Positions 10,155 to 22,633 of a DNA stretch of 49,491 bases are shown piece by piece. This DNA comes from Chara braunii. Lineage: Eukaryota; Plantae; Charophyceae. Within the stretch, counting starts at the first letter, position 1. Each line of letters opens with the position of its first letter. The notes below the pieces were generated by a model. The model had not been told where the DNA came from. It made no database searches and saw only the letters and a list, made by a program, of their open reading frames with translations. The stretch covers positions 707,722 through 757,212 of the forward strand of contig BFEA01000023.1 of assembly GCA_003427395.1 (NCBI GenBank). The letters are read 5' to 3'. A program made the position numbers and the translations under genes.

Positions 10155-13100
10155 CTGTGTGTGTGTGTGTGTGTGCGTCTCTCTCTTTTTTCATTCCTGG
10201 ACCGTCGAGAATTGTCCCTCCATAGGCCCGTATGCTCTTCTCGGCCCTTGCCTCTCCCATCTCTCTCTTTTTTTTTCTTTTTCTTTTCTCGTCATCATCT
10301 GTAATGAAGTGGACGGTCATGTGAAATTTTTGCACGTGGATGACACATGGGTCTCGAGATCGTCGTTGTAGTACTGTTGTGTGACACGTGTCATACGCCG
10401 ATGACGTAGGATGGACATCCACGTGTCATCCACGTGGCTCAATGACACGTCATGCTTGCCATGATCTCAATATGTTGTGTTGATGCACAGACATCCAATT
10501 CATCCTGTCATGAGTGTCTACGCCATATCTGTTTCGTTAGGGAGATTCATCTCAGCTCATTGACTAGTAATTGTGCAAGCTAAAGGGGCGACTGGTTTCA
10601 CTCAACTTTGTTAGCTGAAGGGGGCGTAATTCTGCCCAATTCCAGCTCTCGTCAATTGGCTCACGTACAGTATTATGTAGTGCAGGCTGCAATTGCGCAG
10701 AGTTACGCCCGTTCAGCTTGCAATTGCGCAGAATTACGCCCCTTCAGCTCGCGATTAGGCAGAATTAGGCACCTTCAGCTTGTAAAGTAATCAGTAGAGG
10801 CCCACACAGCTTTGATAATTGGCAGACAGAATTACGGACCTTCAGCTCGCAATTAGGCAGAATTAGGCACCTTCAGCGTGTACAGTAATCAGTAGAGGCC
10901 CACACAGCTTTGATAATTGGCAGACACTGTGATGACTCTGTAATCTTGTAGTCACGCGATGAGCCTGTATAGTACTGGCTGTGGGATTGCATTTCATGGC
11001 TAAGGGACTGGATAGACGATGGGCTTACATAGTATGGGCCTGTGTAGTCATGGCTATGGGCCTATGCGGTCATGGTGCGCGCTCAGGTAGTTACGTTTTA
11101 TATGACTGTGGACCCTACGTAGTAATTGGACCCACGTAGTGAGATGATCTAATATAGTCAGTCTGTGAGCCTGTATAGTCGTCGCTATGGGATTTCCATA
11201 GTTGTGGCTATGGGATTTCCATAGTCATGGCTATGGGATTTCCATAGTCATCGCTTTGGACTTGCGTAGTTATGGCTATGGGACTATAGAGTTCCATGGC
11301 TATAGAACTCCGTAGACATGGCTATGTGACTGGATAGACTATTTGCCGACACAGACTAGGGACCTGTGTAGTCGTGGCAATGAGACTAGATAGTCACGAC
11401 TGTGCACTCACGTACATACGTATGTTGTTCATTCGTGTTTTTTTTTTTTTTTGTCATTCGTGTGCTCGTGTGGGCCTATGTAGCATTTGCGAATTACTGT
11501 ATGTTATAGTGAGGTGGGCGGTCGGCGTAATCATTACGCCTATAATCTTGCAACAGCTGGAGTTAGCCGAGTCCAGCTATTGCCGAGTAAAGGGCTTGTA
11601 TAGTCATGGTTGTGGGCTCATGCAGTTATGACTATGGGTTCGTATAGCCTGGACTTAGCCGAGTGGTGGTGTCATGCTATAGAATGGTCCAGCTCTAATC
11701 GGTGAAGCAGCTTTTATATGTAGATATTATGTCTATATATTGTCACAAGAGTGTCAGGACGCAAATGCGAACAAAAAGGGAAAAAAAAAAAGAAAAACAG
11801 GAAAAAATGCATTCACATATATCGATATAAAGAACTGTCCGGTGAACCGTGGGCAGCGGGGGCGTCGTTAAGAGGATTTCCTTCCTCTCTCCCCCTTCTC
11901 ATTCTCTCCCCGTTCTCTATTTACACCCCCCCCCCCCCCTTCCTCCCCCGTGCTGATTGTGAAAATTCTGGTGTTGCGGACTCTTCTCAAGGTGTCTCAT
12001 AGTGCCTGTCGCTCATGACTCTCAGCAGCATTGGCTTGTCCCCCGTCGTCTTTCGCGGCCTCTTTAATGTTATTGCTAGCTGCCGCCGCCATCACCGCCG
12101 TCGCTGCCATCACATACCATCGCTGCCATCGCTGTTATCGCCACCATCGCTCTCATCATCATCATCATCATCATCATCGCTGTCATCATCATCATCGCTG
12201 TCATTACCCCACCATCGTTGTGATCACCACCATCGCTGTCATCACCGCCATCGCTGTCATCGTCATCACCATTGTTGTTATCGATTCAAAGGATGGAAGG
12301 ATGGTTTGTTTTGATCTAAACAGATCATCATTGAATGTACGCCCTTGCTGTCATCGTACGGTTATGATCCATCAGCACTGTTTATGATGATGTCCACCGT
12401 CTCTCTCTATGGTGGTCGCACCGCTTGGTGTGGTTGCGCAATGGCTAATCCACGTGTCAATCATTGAACGTACGGTCTTGCTGGTGAAGGTAAGGTCAAG
12501 TTTTTCCCGGTAAAAAAAAAAAAAGTGTATCCACGTCAATCCTCGGTCGGGGCACGCTTGGCTCCGCGCTGCGAATCCACGTGTCAATCCCTGAGTCACA
12601 TTTTGCAGTGTAAATCCACGTGTCAGTCCCAGGGTCACGTGTCAAGAAAGAAGTTGAAATCCACGTGTCAATCCTTGGTTGACCTATCGCGACACGTGTC
12701 GATCATTTGGACATATTGCTCATCATGGCTTTGTGGCTTTCTAATTGGATTTTTTTTCCGTTCTAATTGGATTTTTCGTGTTGGTAGTAGTTGTCCTTTC
12801 TGTTTCTTTTTTTGGAGACGACTACCGTTTTCCCGCGAGTAGAACGCACGGTCGTTATCGCTGCATGTCGTTATCGCTGCATGTAGATTGAGAATTTTGA
12901 AAATTGTCCCAAATATAGCTATAGCCCATAATAATCGTGATTTGTAGTCGGGGGACTACGGCAGTTTATGGCTGATGGCATGATTTCGAGACTAAGGGAG
13001 GGAGTCCCTTCTAGCAAAGAGACGCCTGAATTTGGACGCAATCGTGGAGAGGTGCAGAAAGAAAATTGAGATTGATCTGGTGCTCTGTATGTCTGCATGA

Positions 13101-16100
13101 AACACATCCAGATTCAGGCTCTTAATCCTATCCCTTTGCGGGGAGTGATAACGTGGGCCTTTGCTTAATCCTCCCAGGATGCCGGGGGTGAAAATATGGG
13201 CCTTTGCTTAACCCATAAATCGGGGACACCCCTCTGCGGATTTCTGACAGTCTGTCAATCATGAATGACTTTAAGTAATCGGGCTCAGGCAGGCCTCGGG
13301 GAATTTGAAGCTATGGCAGCGCTCAGTTTCCAAGGGCGGGGTCCACGCTCAACCAGCGCGTGGTCCAAGTCGGAGCACTGGGAGGTTCCCTCTTGGAATC
13401 AACCATTGTTCCATCTTGGAATCAGAACCCGAGCACACACACACACACACCTGTCTCTTATACACATCTAGATGTGTATAAGAGACAGGATAAATGTTCG
13501 TTAAATCGTTAGTTTAATGAAAGCACTTTGAACTTTGATTTCCAAACGTCGGATAACTATTGTGCAGTGTAAACCCGATCCACAGAAATGTCTGCAAACT
13601 TGCTTCAAGTTCTCACATGGGGAGTAAGGAAGGGGAGCGGGGTGGGAAGGGAGGGAGCGAGGGTCAGATTATGCCAACCAATTAACATTTTTTTTTCGGT
13701 GGCTACCGCTAACGAGGAGTCGTCGGAGGAGGTGCTGCAACAATACTGTGGATGAACCCTGGTTGACAAAAGGTGGTGTGGCAGCATATGGTTTTTACAT
13801 CTGACTGGGCCAAGAAAGGAAAAAACTGATATGTTCTACAAAATTGCAATCCAAACATCTTTTGCCTTAAAGTCGTATCCAAATTCATAGCCAACACTGA
13901 GTTAAAAAAACATATTTAAATTCATAACAAAAACCGAGGTAAAAAGTGTAACAACAAAATTAACCTTACTTCAACTATCACCTCTTATTTCATAGCATCA
14001 ATAAACTATCTCGTATATTTTCAGATATTTGTCTTTAGTAGTACCCTCTGTGAGACATTTTGCCTCGCTAAACTTCGATAGTTATGGATCGCTGATTTTA
14101 TTTTTTGTTGCTTCCCTACATATTGATTCTCTCCCCCTTCCCTTTATTTCCTCGTATTTGATAAACTATCTCATATATTCCCTTGCTAAACTTCAATAGT
14201 TATGAATCACTAATTTTGTTTTTTACCACTCCCCTACATGTTGATGCTCTTCCTCTCCCCTTTATTTCCCAGTATTAATGGACTATCTTATATATTGCCC
14301 TGCTAAACTTCAATAGTTATGAATCACCGATTTTGTTTTTTACTGCTCCCCTACACGTTGATGTTTTTCCCCTCCTCTTTATTTCCTAGTATTTATAAAC
14401 TATCTCATATATTGTCCTGCTAAACATCAATAGTTATGACTCGCTTATTTTTTATTTTACTTCTCTCCTACATGTTGATGCTCTTCCCCTTCCCTTTATT
14501 TCCTAGTATTAATAAAATATCTCATACGTATTTATACATTTGTCGTCAGTACCCTTTGTGAGATATTTTGCCCTGCTAAACTTTAATAGTTATGGATCAC
14601 TGATTTTGTTTTTCACTGCTCCCCTACATGTTAACGCTCGTCGCTCGATTGATAGGAGTTGCACCATCTACTTGTAACTCTCTTTCTAGCCTGGCCAACT
14701 CTACTCAGAGCACTAAGTTGGAATGTGTAAAAGATAGAGGGATTTTCCTTTTGATGTGCGTCGTGTACTTCACGTCCTTTGCTTCATGACAGCGTGACGT
14801 GGAAAATCCGACCACTTGCCCCTTAGATTTTTATTTTTATTTTTTGCCTTTTTTTATTGATTCTAGGGGTAACTTTGGCGCAGTCACGAAAACAGTTTGT
14901 AATTGCATTTGAAACTGCGTTTTAGCAGTTTAGTCAGGGTCCGGGTTTCAGTTGCAGTTGAAACTCGGGCTGCCTTTCCGTAGCAGTTCAGTCGGGGTCC
15001 TCGTCTATCCACGAACAGCAGATAAAAAAAAAAAAAAACATCCGTTATGTTGTGATTGCGGTCCGATACAGGATGCTTCAGTACTTGTCTGAAACTCAAT
15101 GAGCGTGGAATCCGCCTTGCCTAGCTGGCAGGGCACTATAGGGACCTCACAACAAAAAACAAAAAAGGAAAACGACATGTTCACTTCCTGGCCAGATACA
15201 TTCGTCAGGTGGATTCAAAGTTCCTCATTTCTTTACTTTTTTATTAACCGAAGTTTTAAGCGCAACCAGTATCTAAGGCAAGCAGTCATCACAAATAGAT
15301 GAGATGAATATGATCATCCACTAGGCAAGCATTGCTTGATTTTGTTTCTATAGGTCCAACAATTTGAAGCCTCCTTTCCTTATTGGATAACAAATGTTTT
15401 CTCGCATGACTTTTGAGATGAAGCCACATTCTACCTCACAAAACGGTTTCCAAATAAACTTTGCATCAACCCTTGTTACCGCCTTCGGTAGTTCTTATGA
15501 AAGCAGCCTCAACCGCCGAACAGAGATAAGTGGGGGAGCGGACCCACCTGAAGATACTTTTAATTACCTCTTATTGAAATATATTTCTTTGAAAGTCCCC
15601 TGCAGTTCTTACGCACCATTTGTATTCCTATGTACCCTTTGGAATGATTTTGTGTCACTCTCTTCATTCTAAGCTTTTAGACTTCCATCATGGCATAACA
15701 CGGCGCAGACCGTAAGTGAAGATTCTGTATTGGTTATGATTGCGAATAGGTCATGGCATAACATTGCGCAAGTCGTAAGTGAAGATTGTGTATTGGTTAT
15801 GATTACGAATAAGTCATCGGCCAATGCTTTCACCTTTCATATTTTGTTTTGAACTTGCATACATTTAATATTGAGACATGATCTAATATTGCAAACTAGA
15901 GCCTTGAACCATTAGTACCTTTGCCATGTGGGAAAATAGCAGGCCTCGGGTGGGTCTCCAACCTTTCGAAGGTTGAAACGAAACGACGGTCGCCGATCAG
16001 ATTTATCAATGGCAGTCATCGTCTGGCCCGACCTCCGAATTTTTAGGAGTTTGTGAGTTTTCTTTATTTTTAATATTTTTTCAATGCTGGCGGAGGTACT

Positions 16101-17962
16101 AGTGGTTTAAGTTGCAACACGAAAAACAAAGGAGTAAGGGGGAAACCCTATCTCAACGATCTCCTGACTACTCTTTTACGAAACTTTGGGTCACAGGATA
16201 AGTAAAGAGTTACCACGCTGATTTTTTCTGAATCGTTAGTAAGAGGGGGTCTGGGGGGACTGCAGGAAGCAAGGGTGAGGGCATGTCCATCAGGCAGCAG
16301 GCAGAGGGATGAATCTTTTAAGACAGTGGCAGGAGGAACCCTAGTACAAGAGCTCAGAATAGATCCCAATCAGTGGGGTTGGAAAGTAGGAAGTGAAGTG
16401 GTAATAGACCTCTGCAACCTGAGCCCAGCGCTAGTCATCAGAAGAAGAGCGGGTAGGAGAAAGTTGATGGACAAGTTGATCCCTCGCTGGGAAAAGGCGC
16501 AACCTTGCATACTTGCACCTACGGGAATGCAGCTTACGCGCCTGTGGAAGCAGTTAGCGGACATACCGTCACAAAAGGTAGCATCCCTGCTATGGTTACA
16601 GTCTCACTTGTCAGTCCCAACGGCGAACTGGCTAAGGAAAAGAGGAATGCAAGTAAAAATGGACTGTGACAGATGTGCGTGGCCCATTGAGACAATGCCT
16701 CACATGTGGTGGGACTGCGCCCGCTCGAGGAAGTGGTGGTTATGGTGGTTCATACACTGGGAGAAGATGTCAGGGAGTAAAGGGGAACAGGACGTGGCGT
16801 GGGTCCTACAAGGCTTTCTGAGCCAAGGGGGGAGGGGAGACAAGGGTAGGGGGTATATTGCCCAGGTCAGTCGGGCGGCGATGATGTGGGTCATCTGGCT
16901 GGACAGAAACGGCAGAAGATTTCAAAATCAAGGACTGTCGGAAATGCAGGCAGAGAAACTGTTCAAATCGATGCTGAAAACGAAAATCAGAGTGGATTGG
17001 AGAAAGAGAGTGGTTCAGGGGAGCAAACCGGCAGGTCTGAGGTGGTTCTATGAGACCTGGGCAGCACCAGGAGCTCTGGCAGAGGTAAGAGAAGGGAAGA
17101 TGAAAACGGCTCCTTGGCTTGATAGATAAACCAAGTGGGGAGGAGAGGTAACACAGGGGTCCCAGTAGTAAGGAGGTGGTGGGGTAATGGTAGGTAGGTA
17201 AGGGAGAAGGGGAGATTTAAGTAGGATCACTGGAGTCAGACAAATTGGCTTCGGTTCGTAGGTGACGGGGATAACAGTTAGGCGGGTAATAGTAGGAGTA
17301 GCAGCCTGGGCACTCGGCTGCGATAAAACGGTTCGGTCGCAGTAGACACAGTGGATCTGGGAGTGCTAGTTAACGAGGAACTTGGTTCCATCGACCGAGA
17401 TAGGTGGAGGATTGGCCGGGTTAGGCCAATCGTAGTTAGACCAGGGGTTAGGGTTTATGGTGCAATAGGGGGTTAGTGAGATTAGGTAGGCAGGGAAGAA
17501 ATAGGTTAGGACTGAGGGATTAAGAAGGAATTCATGATAAGTACAAGTTTTATGCACGTGTTCAAGAAGTTGGTACATGATTGGATGAGGATAAGCTAAA
17601 TCGGCTGATGCTGCCGGGATAACTCCGGGTGGAATTGTGAGGTCCCCGGCCTCAGCTCATTGATTGATAAGAATAAATAATTTGTTGTTAAAAAAGAAAA
17701 AAAAAAGAAAAAAGAATTGGGCCTCGCTCCAATACCGTCAACTTTCACAAAAAACGAAAATCATGGCGGTGTATCCTTCCATGTTGTAGAGGAAGATTCA
17801 TCGGCCAATTGGCCATAGCGGCGGATGTCGTTGTCCGTTCGTTAATTGCAGCCTTCCACCTCTCGGCACCTCCGCTACCTGTTTCCCGAACAGAGATGGG
17901 GCCTCTCTCCCACACTCTCCAAAGGTGCAAAACGAGACAGCTAGAAAATGAAAACATACGTC

Positions 17963-18010
<48 letters not shown>

Positions 18011-21000
18011 NCTCTCCTCCTCTTCCTCTTAACAATGTTGTTTTTACTTCTCTCCCTCTTCACCTCTTCAAGGTCTATTTCTTTTCTTCTTCTTCTTCTT
18101 CTTCTTCTTCTTCTTCTTCTTCTTGTTCTTGTTCTTGTTCTTCCTCCTTTGAACAACGTCTGTTCTTATAACTCCCTTGACGTCTGTTCTTATAACTCCC
18201 TTCTGTCAAGTAAGTCCTTCCACTCCTATGTATTTAATGCCGGGCATTGCTAAGCTATGTATTTAATGCCGGGCATTGCTAAGATGCCAGGATTATTGTT
18301 ATCCTCCTCTACATCGCGTACGGACTGGGCTGCAGTCTTTGTTTCCTTCTGTCTCCTCTGTTCGGATTCCTTGCTCTTTGTTTCCTCTTTTTTTCTACCC
18401 GGTGTTTTGTTTGCCTTTGTTCTTTACTGTTTGTCTCTGGAACCTCACTGTCTGTCTCTGGAGGCTCACTGTTTGTCTATGTTTGCCAGTTGTTGGGGTT
18501 AACTTTGTCTCTGGAGCCTCACTGCTTGTTGATTGCTCACGTTGTCTCTTGTTGAATTTGCGTGTGGTCCCCCCACCAGAGCTCCCAGGCTATGGCCGCT
18601 GCTCTCCCAGAGGTGTCGGTGGAGCCGTTCGTCGTAGACATTCCCGTGCCATTTAAGGCTCACAGGATAGAGCCTCCATCGCAGCAGATCGAGACTAGTG
18701 CAGGTGAGCACTTTGACAAGTCTTCCATCCTGTTCCAATGTTCCTCCCAAACCGTGGATTCAGTCTGTCACTGAGTCTTTTTTTTTAATGCTACCGTTTA
18801 CCGTCCTTGCACCTCTCTCTCTCTCTCTCTCTCTCGTTCTTGCATGTGGTCTGTCCGTTGACATGGCTGGTGATTGGTTGGTGGAGTTTCCTAAACAAGG
18901 AAGGGAAAATCTGCTGGATGAATTCCCTAGACGTGTCCTGGGAGATAACCGCTAAAATTGGAATGATGCAAAGAAAAAAAGCATGGCCTAAATTTGGCAA
19001 ATAAAAAAAGAAAAGAAAACTCTTTGAAGGGAGAAGCCCCCTACAAGTATTCTGGGGGACATCCGTTAAAATTCAAAGGGTGCAAGGTAAAAACATGTGT
19101 TGTGGAAAAGCGAGGATGACATGCATAATTCAAGAGAGGATCCAAATTTGGCCAAAAAAAAAAAAAGAACTGTTTGAAGTGAGCAGCCTATGTACTTGAA
19201 CGGGACACATGTGAATGTTGGTAAGCCGACCATGAGTTTGTGCTTCGCCGCCAGGCGGCGGCCCTTCGGCCTTACATGAAAAATGTGCTTAGGCGGTGAG
19301 TATACTAATGTCAGGGGCAACCCTCCTTCACCCTTCCCCCCCTTCCCCTTCCCCGCCTCACTCCTGGCCCCCTGAAAAGAAAAGAGAGGCAAAACAGCTT
19401 TTTCTCCCTTGGAAGTAAGAATTGTATCCCCTCGAATTGGCAGTGAAACCTAAGGAAAACGCTTAATTATTTTTTTATTTTTTTTTAAGGAAGATTATTA
19501 TAGTACCTGGTGTTTGCCCTAGAGTGAAAGAAAAAGGGAGGAACTTGGGTAAGGAGTTGTATCTCCCCTTGGTGCATTGTTATGGTACCCCTCAAGTTGG
19601 AACAATATGCTAAAAGATTAGCATCGCTTTGCACAAGGACGAGACCCACCTACAAATGCACGAAGGCATGTCCAGATTGTGAAGAAAGCAGGGGAAGAGG
19701 TAAGAGAAATGGTAATGTTTTTTTTTCCGCTTTTTCCCTCCTTTTGTCTTTTATAGCTACCCTTTTATACGATAATGTTTCTAAGGACCAAGTACAGACA
19801 AAAGTGACCACAATTGACATAACTGCAGTCAAGATTTGTGAACAGAAAATCGTAAGAAGCCTTAAACATGTCTCTGACGAAATCCATGTCGTGAATCCGA
19901 TATAACATCAAGCACCGGCTTCCAGTACAACCTGAAGAAATTGTGGCAGTTTTTAACAATACCCATATGAAAACACAGACTCTGGGCCTCGCTCCACTAC
20001 TCTCGACATGCACAACAGACAAAAATCATGGCGGTGTATCTTTCCATGTTCTAGCGGCAGATTCACTCTCGTCTTGCACATTTCGAGAGTAGTGGAGCGA
20101 GGCCCTTTACGAAATTGTGCCAGTTCCGACAAAACCCAACCCATATGAAAACACAGACTTTAAAAAAATTGTGGCAGTTCTGACAAAAGTCTCAAAAACA
20201 CAGACTTTAAGAAACTGTGGCAGTTCTGACAAAAGTCTCAAAACCCATATGAAAACACGGACCTGAAGGAATTGTGGCATTTCTGACAGAGTCCACGGTG
20301 CGCATTTGATATAAGAACAAGCACTGGCTCCCTGTGCATCATCATAAAAAGAGTCGAATCACTGACCTGAAGAAATCAAAGCAATGAACCACCATAATGT
20401 TTCTTATTATGACCCCTAAACAATCATAATGTTTTTTTGGACCCCTGTCTGATTACGATCCAGCAGCGTGCAAGGATGTCACCTGCGAATCGAGGAACGG
20501 ACATAACACAGACCAGTTGTGCCATAATGCTTCTAGGGACCGCTGTCTGAATTTTATCGTGCAGCGTGCAAGAACGGTGGTACCCATAAATTTGAGGGAT
20601 TTAGCTATGTTCGGATTGTGAACGACACCAGTAATCGAGGAATGAAATTGTTTCCAGATCTTGTCAATTGAACAAGGGAAAGTGATGATACCCACAAATT
20701 GAGGAGTGAAATCGTGTCTAGAATTATGTCTGGGATGTTTCGAAAATGGAATCATATCTATGTAGTCTCCAAAACGAAAGAAAGCAGCGAGTTTGATATC
20801 GGAATGATATTATTCATAAAAAAAAATAAGGGAAAGGGATGACACCCACAAGAAAGGAAAGGGACGACACGCACAAATTACAGGGAGGGAGGGATACAAG
20901 TACGCGAAAACGGTTGGTTGAAATGGAAGCGTCCGAACCATCAGATGTTACAATGGATGCCTGCTCTCTGTTCAGCAGTGTGCGAGGCCTGGAGCCCTGA

Positions 21001-21199
21001 ATCAAGAAATTGAATCATGTCTATATATTATTAATATCATTAACGAAAACAGGGAAAAGGGAATAGCTTGACAACGTCGTTTCTCTACTGACGATTGTTG
21101 GGCAGTCTACTATCGTTGCCAAAGCGCTGACAGAGAGGGGTACCTAGATGCAGGCCATGCATCCAAACACTGCTTTTGTATGCTGGTGCCTCTTTTGAC

Positions 21200-21232
<33 letters not shown>

Positions 21233-22578
21233 GAATCTTCTTTGTAACTTGTGACTGAGTTCGTTGGCAGTTGGTTCTGAGTTGTGTAAAAAGAAGACTC
21301 CAAAAAGAAAAGAGTAAAAGCGAGGGTTTGTCTGCACTGAGTCTTTTCTGTCCAAGGGGGGTGATTATTTCCATGTCTGTTATCCCTTGGGAGCGAGTGT
21401 TTTGTGTAAGGTGTCGCATGTGGATGGTTGGCCGGTAGTGGAGTTGTAGACCTACTACCGCCCTATGGAAACCACAACTGCCCCGGCTGCCTTGGATTGT
21501 GGCAGTATAACAGGCCTGCCTCAGGTAGGCCTGGGGGGGTTGTAGACTGTACCCCCTGTCATAGATAACAATTGCTGCGGCTGCCTTGGAGGGGTGGTAG
21601 ATCTTAGCCCCTTACATAAATAATCAACCGCTGCTGCTGCGGCCGCCTCCGATTGTGGTGGTGTACGGGGTGTGCCTCAGGGCGGCCCCGGGGTTGTAGA
21701 CCGTTCTGCACAAACCACAACTATCAACCGCTGCTGCTGCTGCCTCCGATTGTGGTGGTGTACGGGGGGTGCCTCAGGGCGGTCCTGGGGTTGTAGACCG
21801 TTCCGCACAAACCACAACTGCCCTGGGTGGCTTGAACTGTGATTGTGTAAGGGGTGCCGCAGCACTGTCCAGTAGTGGCCCTCAGAAGGCCCGGGGCAAT
21901 CTCAAGAAAAAGATGTTTTGGCTCCGGTTTCTACCATTGAACTGTAGATCACAATGCCAAGCGGCCGTTGCAAATAAAGGATGACTATTAGTATTTCCTG
22001 CCAAGGTGCAGGGTTTGGCAGGGCGGAGTCGGGCAAAACAAAGGTTCGCCAATTCAAACCACTACTGTGGTGCTTCTGAAAAGTTGTGGCATTGCTACAG
22101 TGCTGCGGCGTTTCCACTTTTCCACTTGAATGAAGTTATGCCAGTGCCCCAGGCCTGTTCATCCCAGCACAACGCGGCACGCATGCGGCTGCGACTTTCG
22201 GAAGTACTGGTGGTCTATGTTTTGGGGGCCCATGGGGGGCTGTGGCAAGTCTCAACATGAAACCTCTAAACTCAGCTTGATTTATGCCAGTCGTCTCTGT
22301 GGCTTTTTCCATGGAAATGCCTGAAAGAAAATAAATATTCCAGGGGCTAGTACATCCTGACCTACCTGTCAATCCTAAACCCAAAGGGCCTCTGAAAACA
22401 GCAGCATGCATATTTATTTTTCAGACCCTCCTCTTACACTGCACGGCAAAGCCAGGTTTAAATGTTGGGAGGGCTCATCATGTCTCGTCCAGTTCATTTC
22501 TAATCCTTTGTGCTCTGCAAACAGCTATTGGGGTGAGAAACATGTGAGAAAAGAAGGGTGTATATGTCCATGATAATT

Positions 22579-22633
<55 letters not shown>

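Noticed and set aside
12015-12387. His/Ser-rich ORFs
   Set aside because: Translation of a (CAT)n-derived microsatellite.
13451-13488. Natural Tn5/IS50 element or horizontal transfer
   Set aside because: It is the synthetic mosaic-end junction adapter.
14000-14635. Regularly spaced repeats as a CRISPR-like array
   Set aside because: Whole units repeat with no unique spacers; eukaryotic context; no cas genes.
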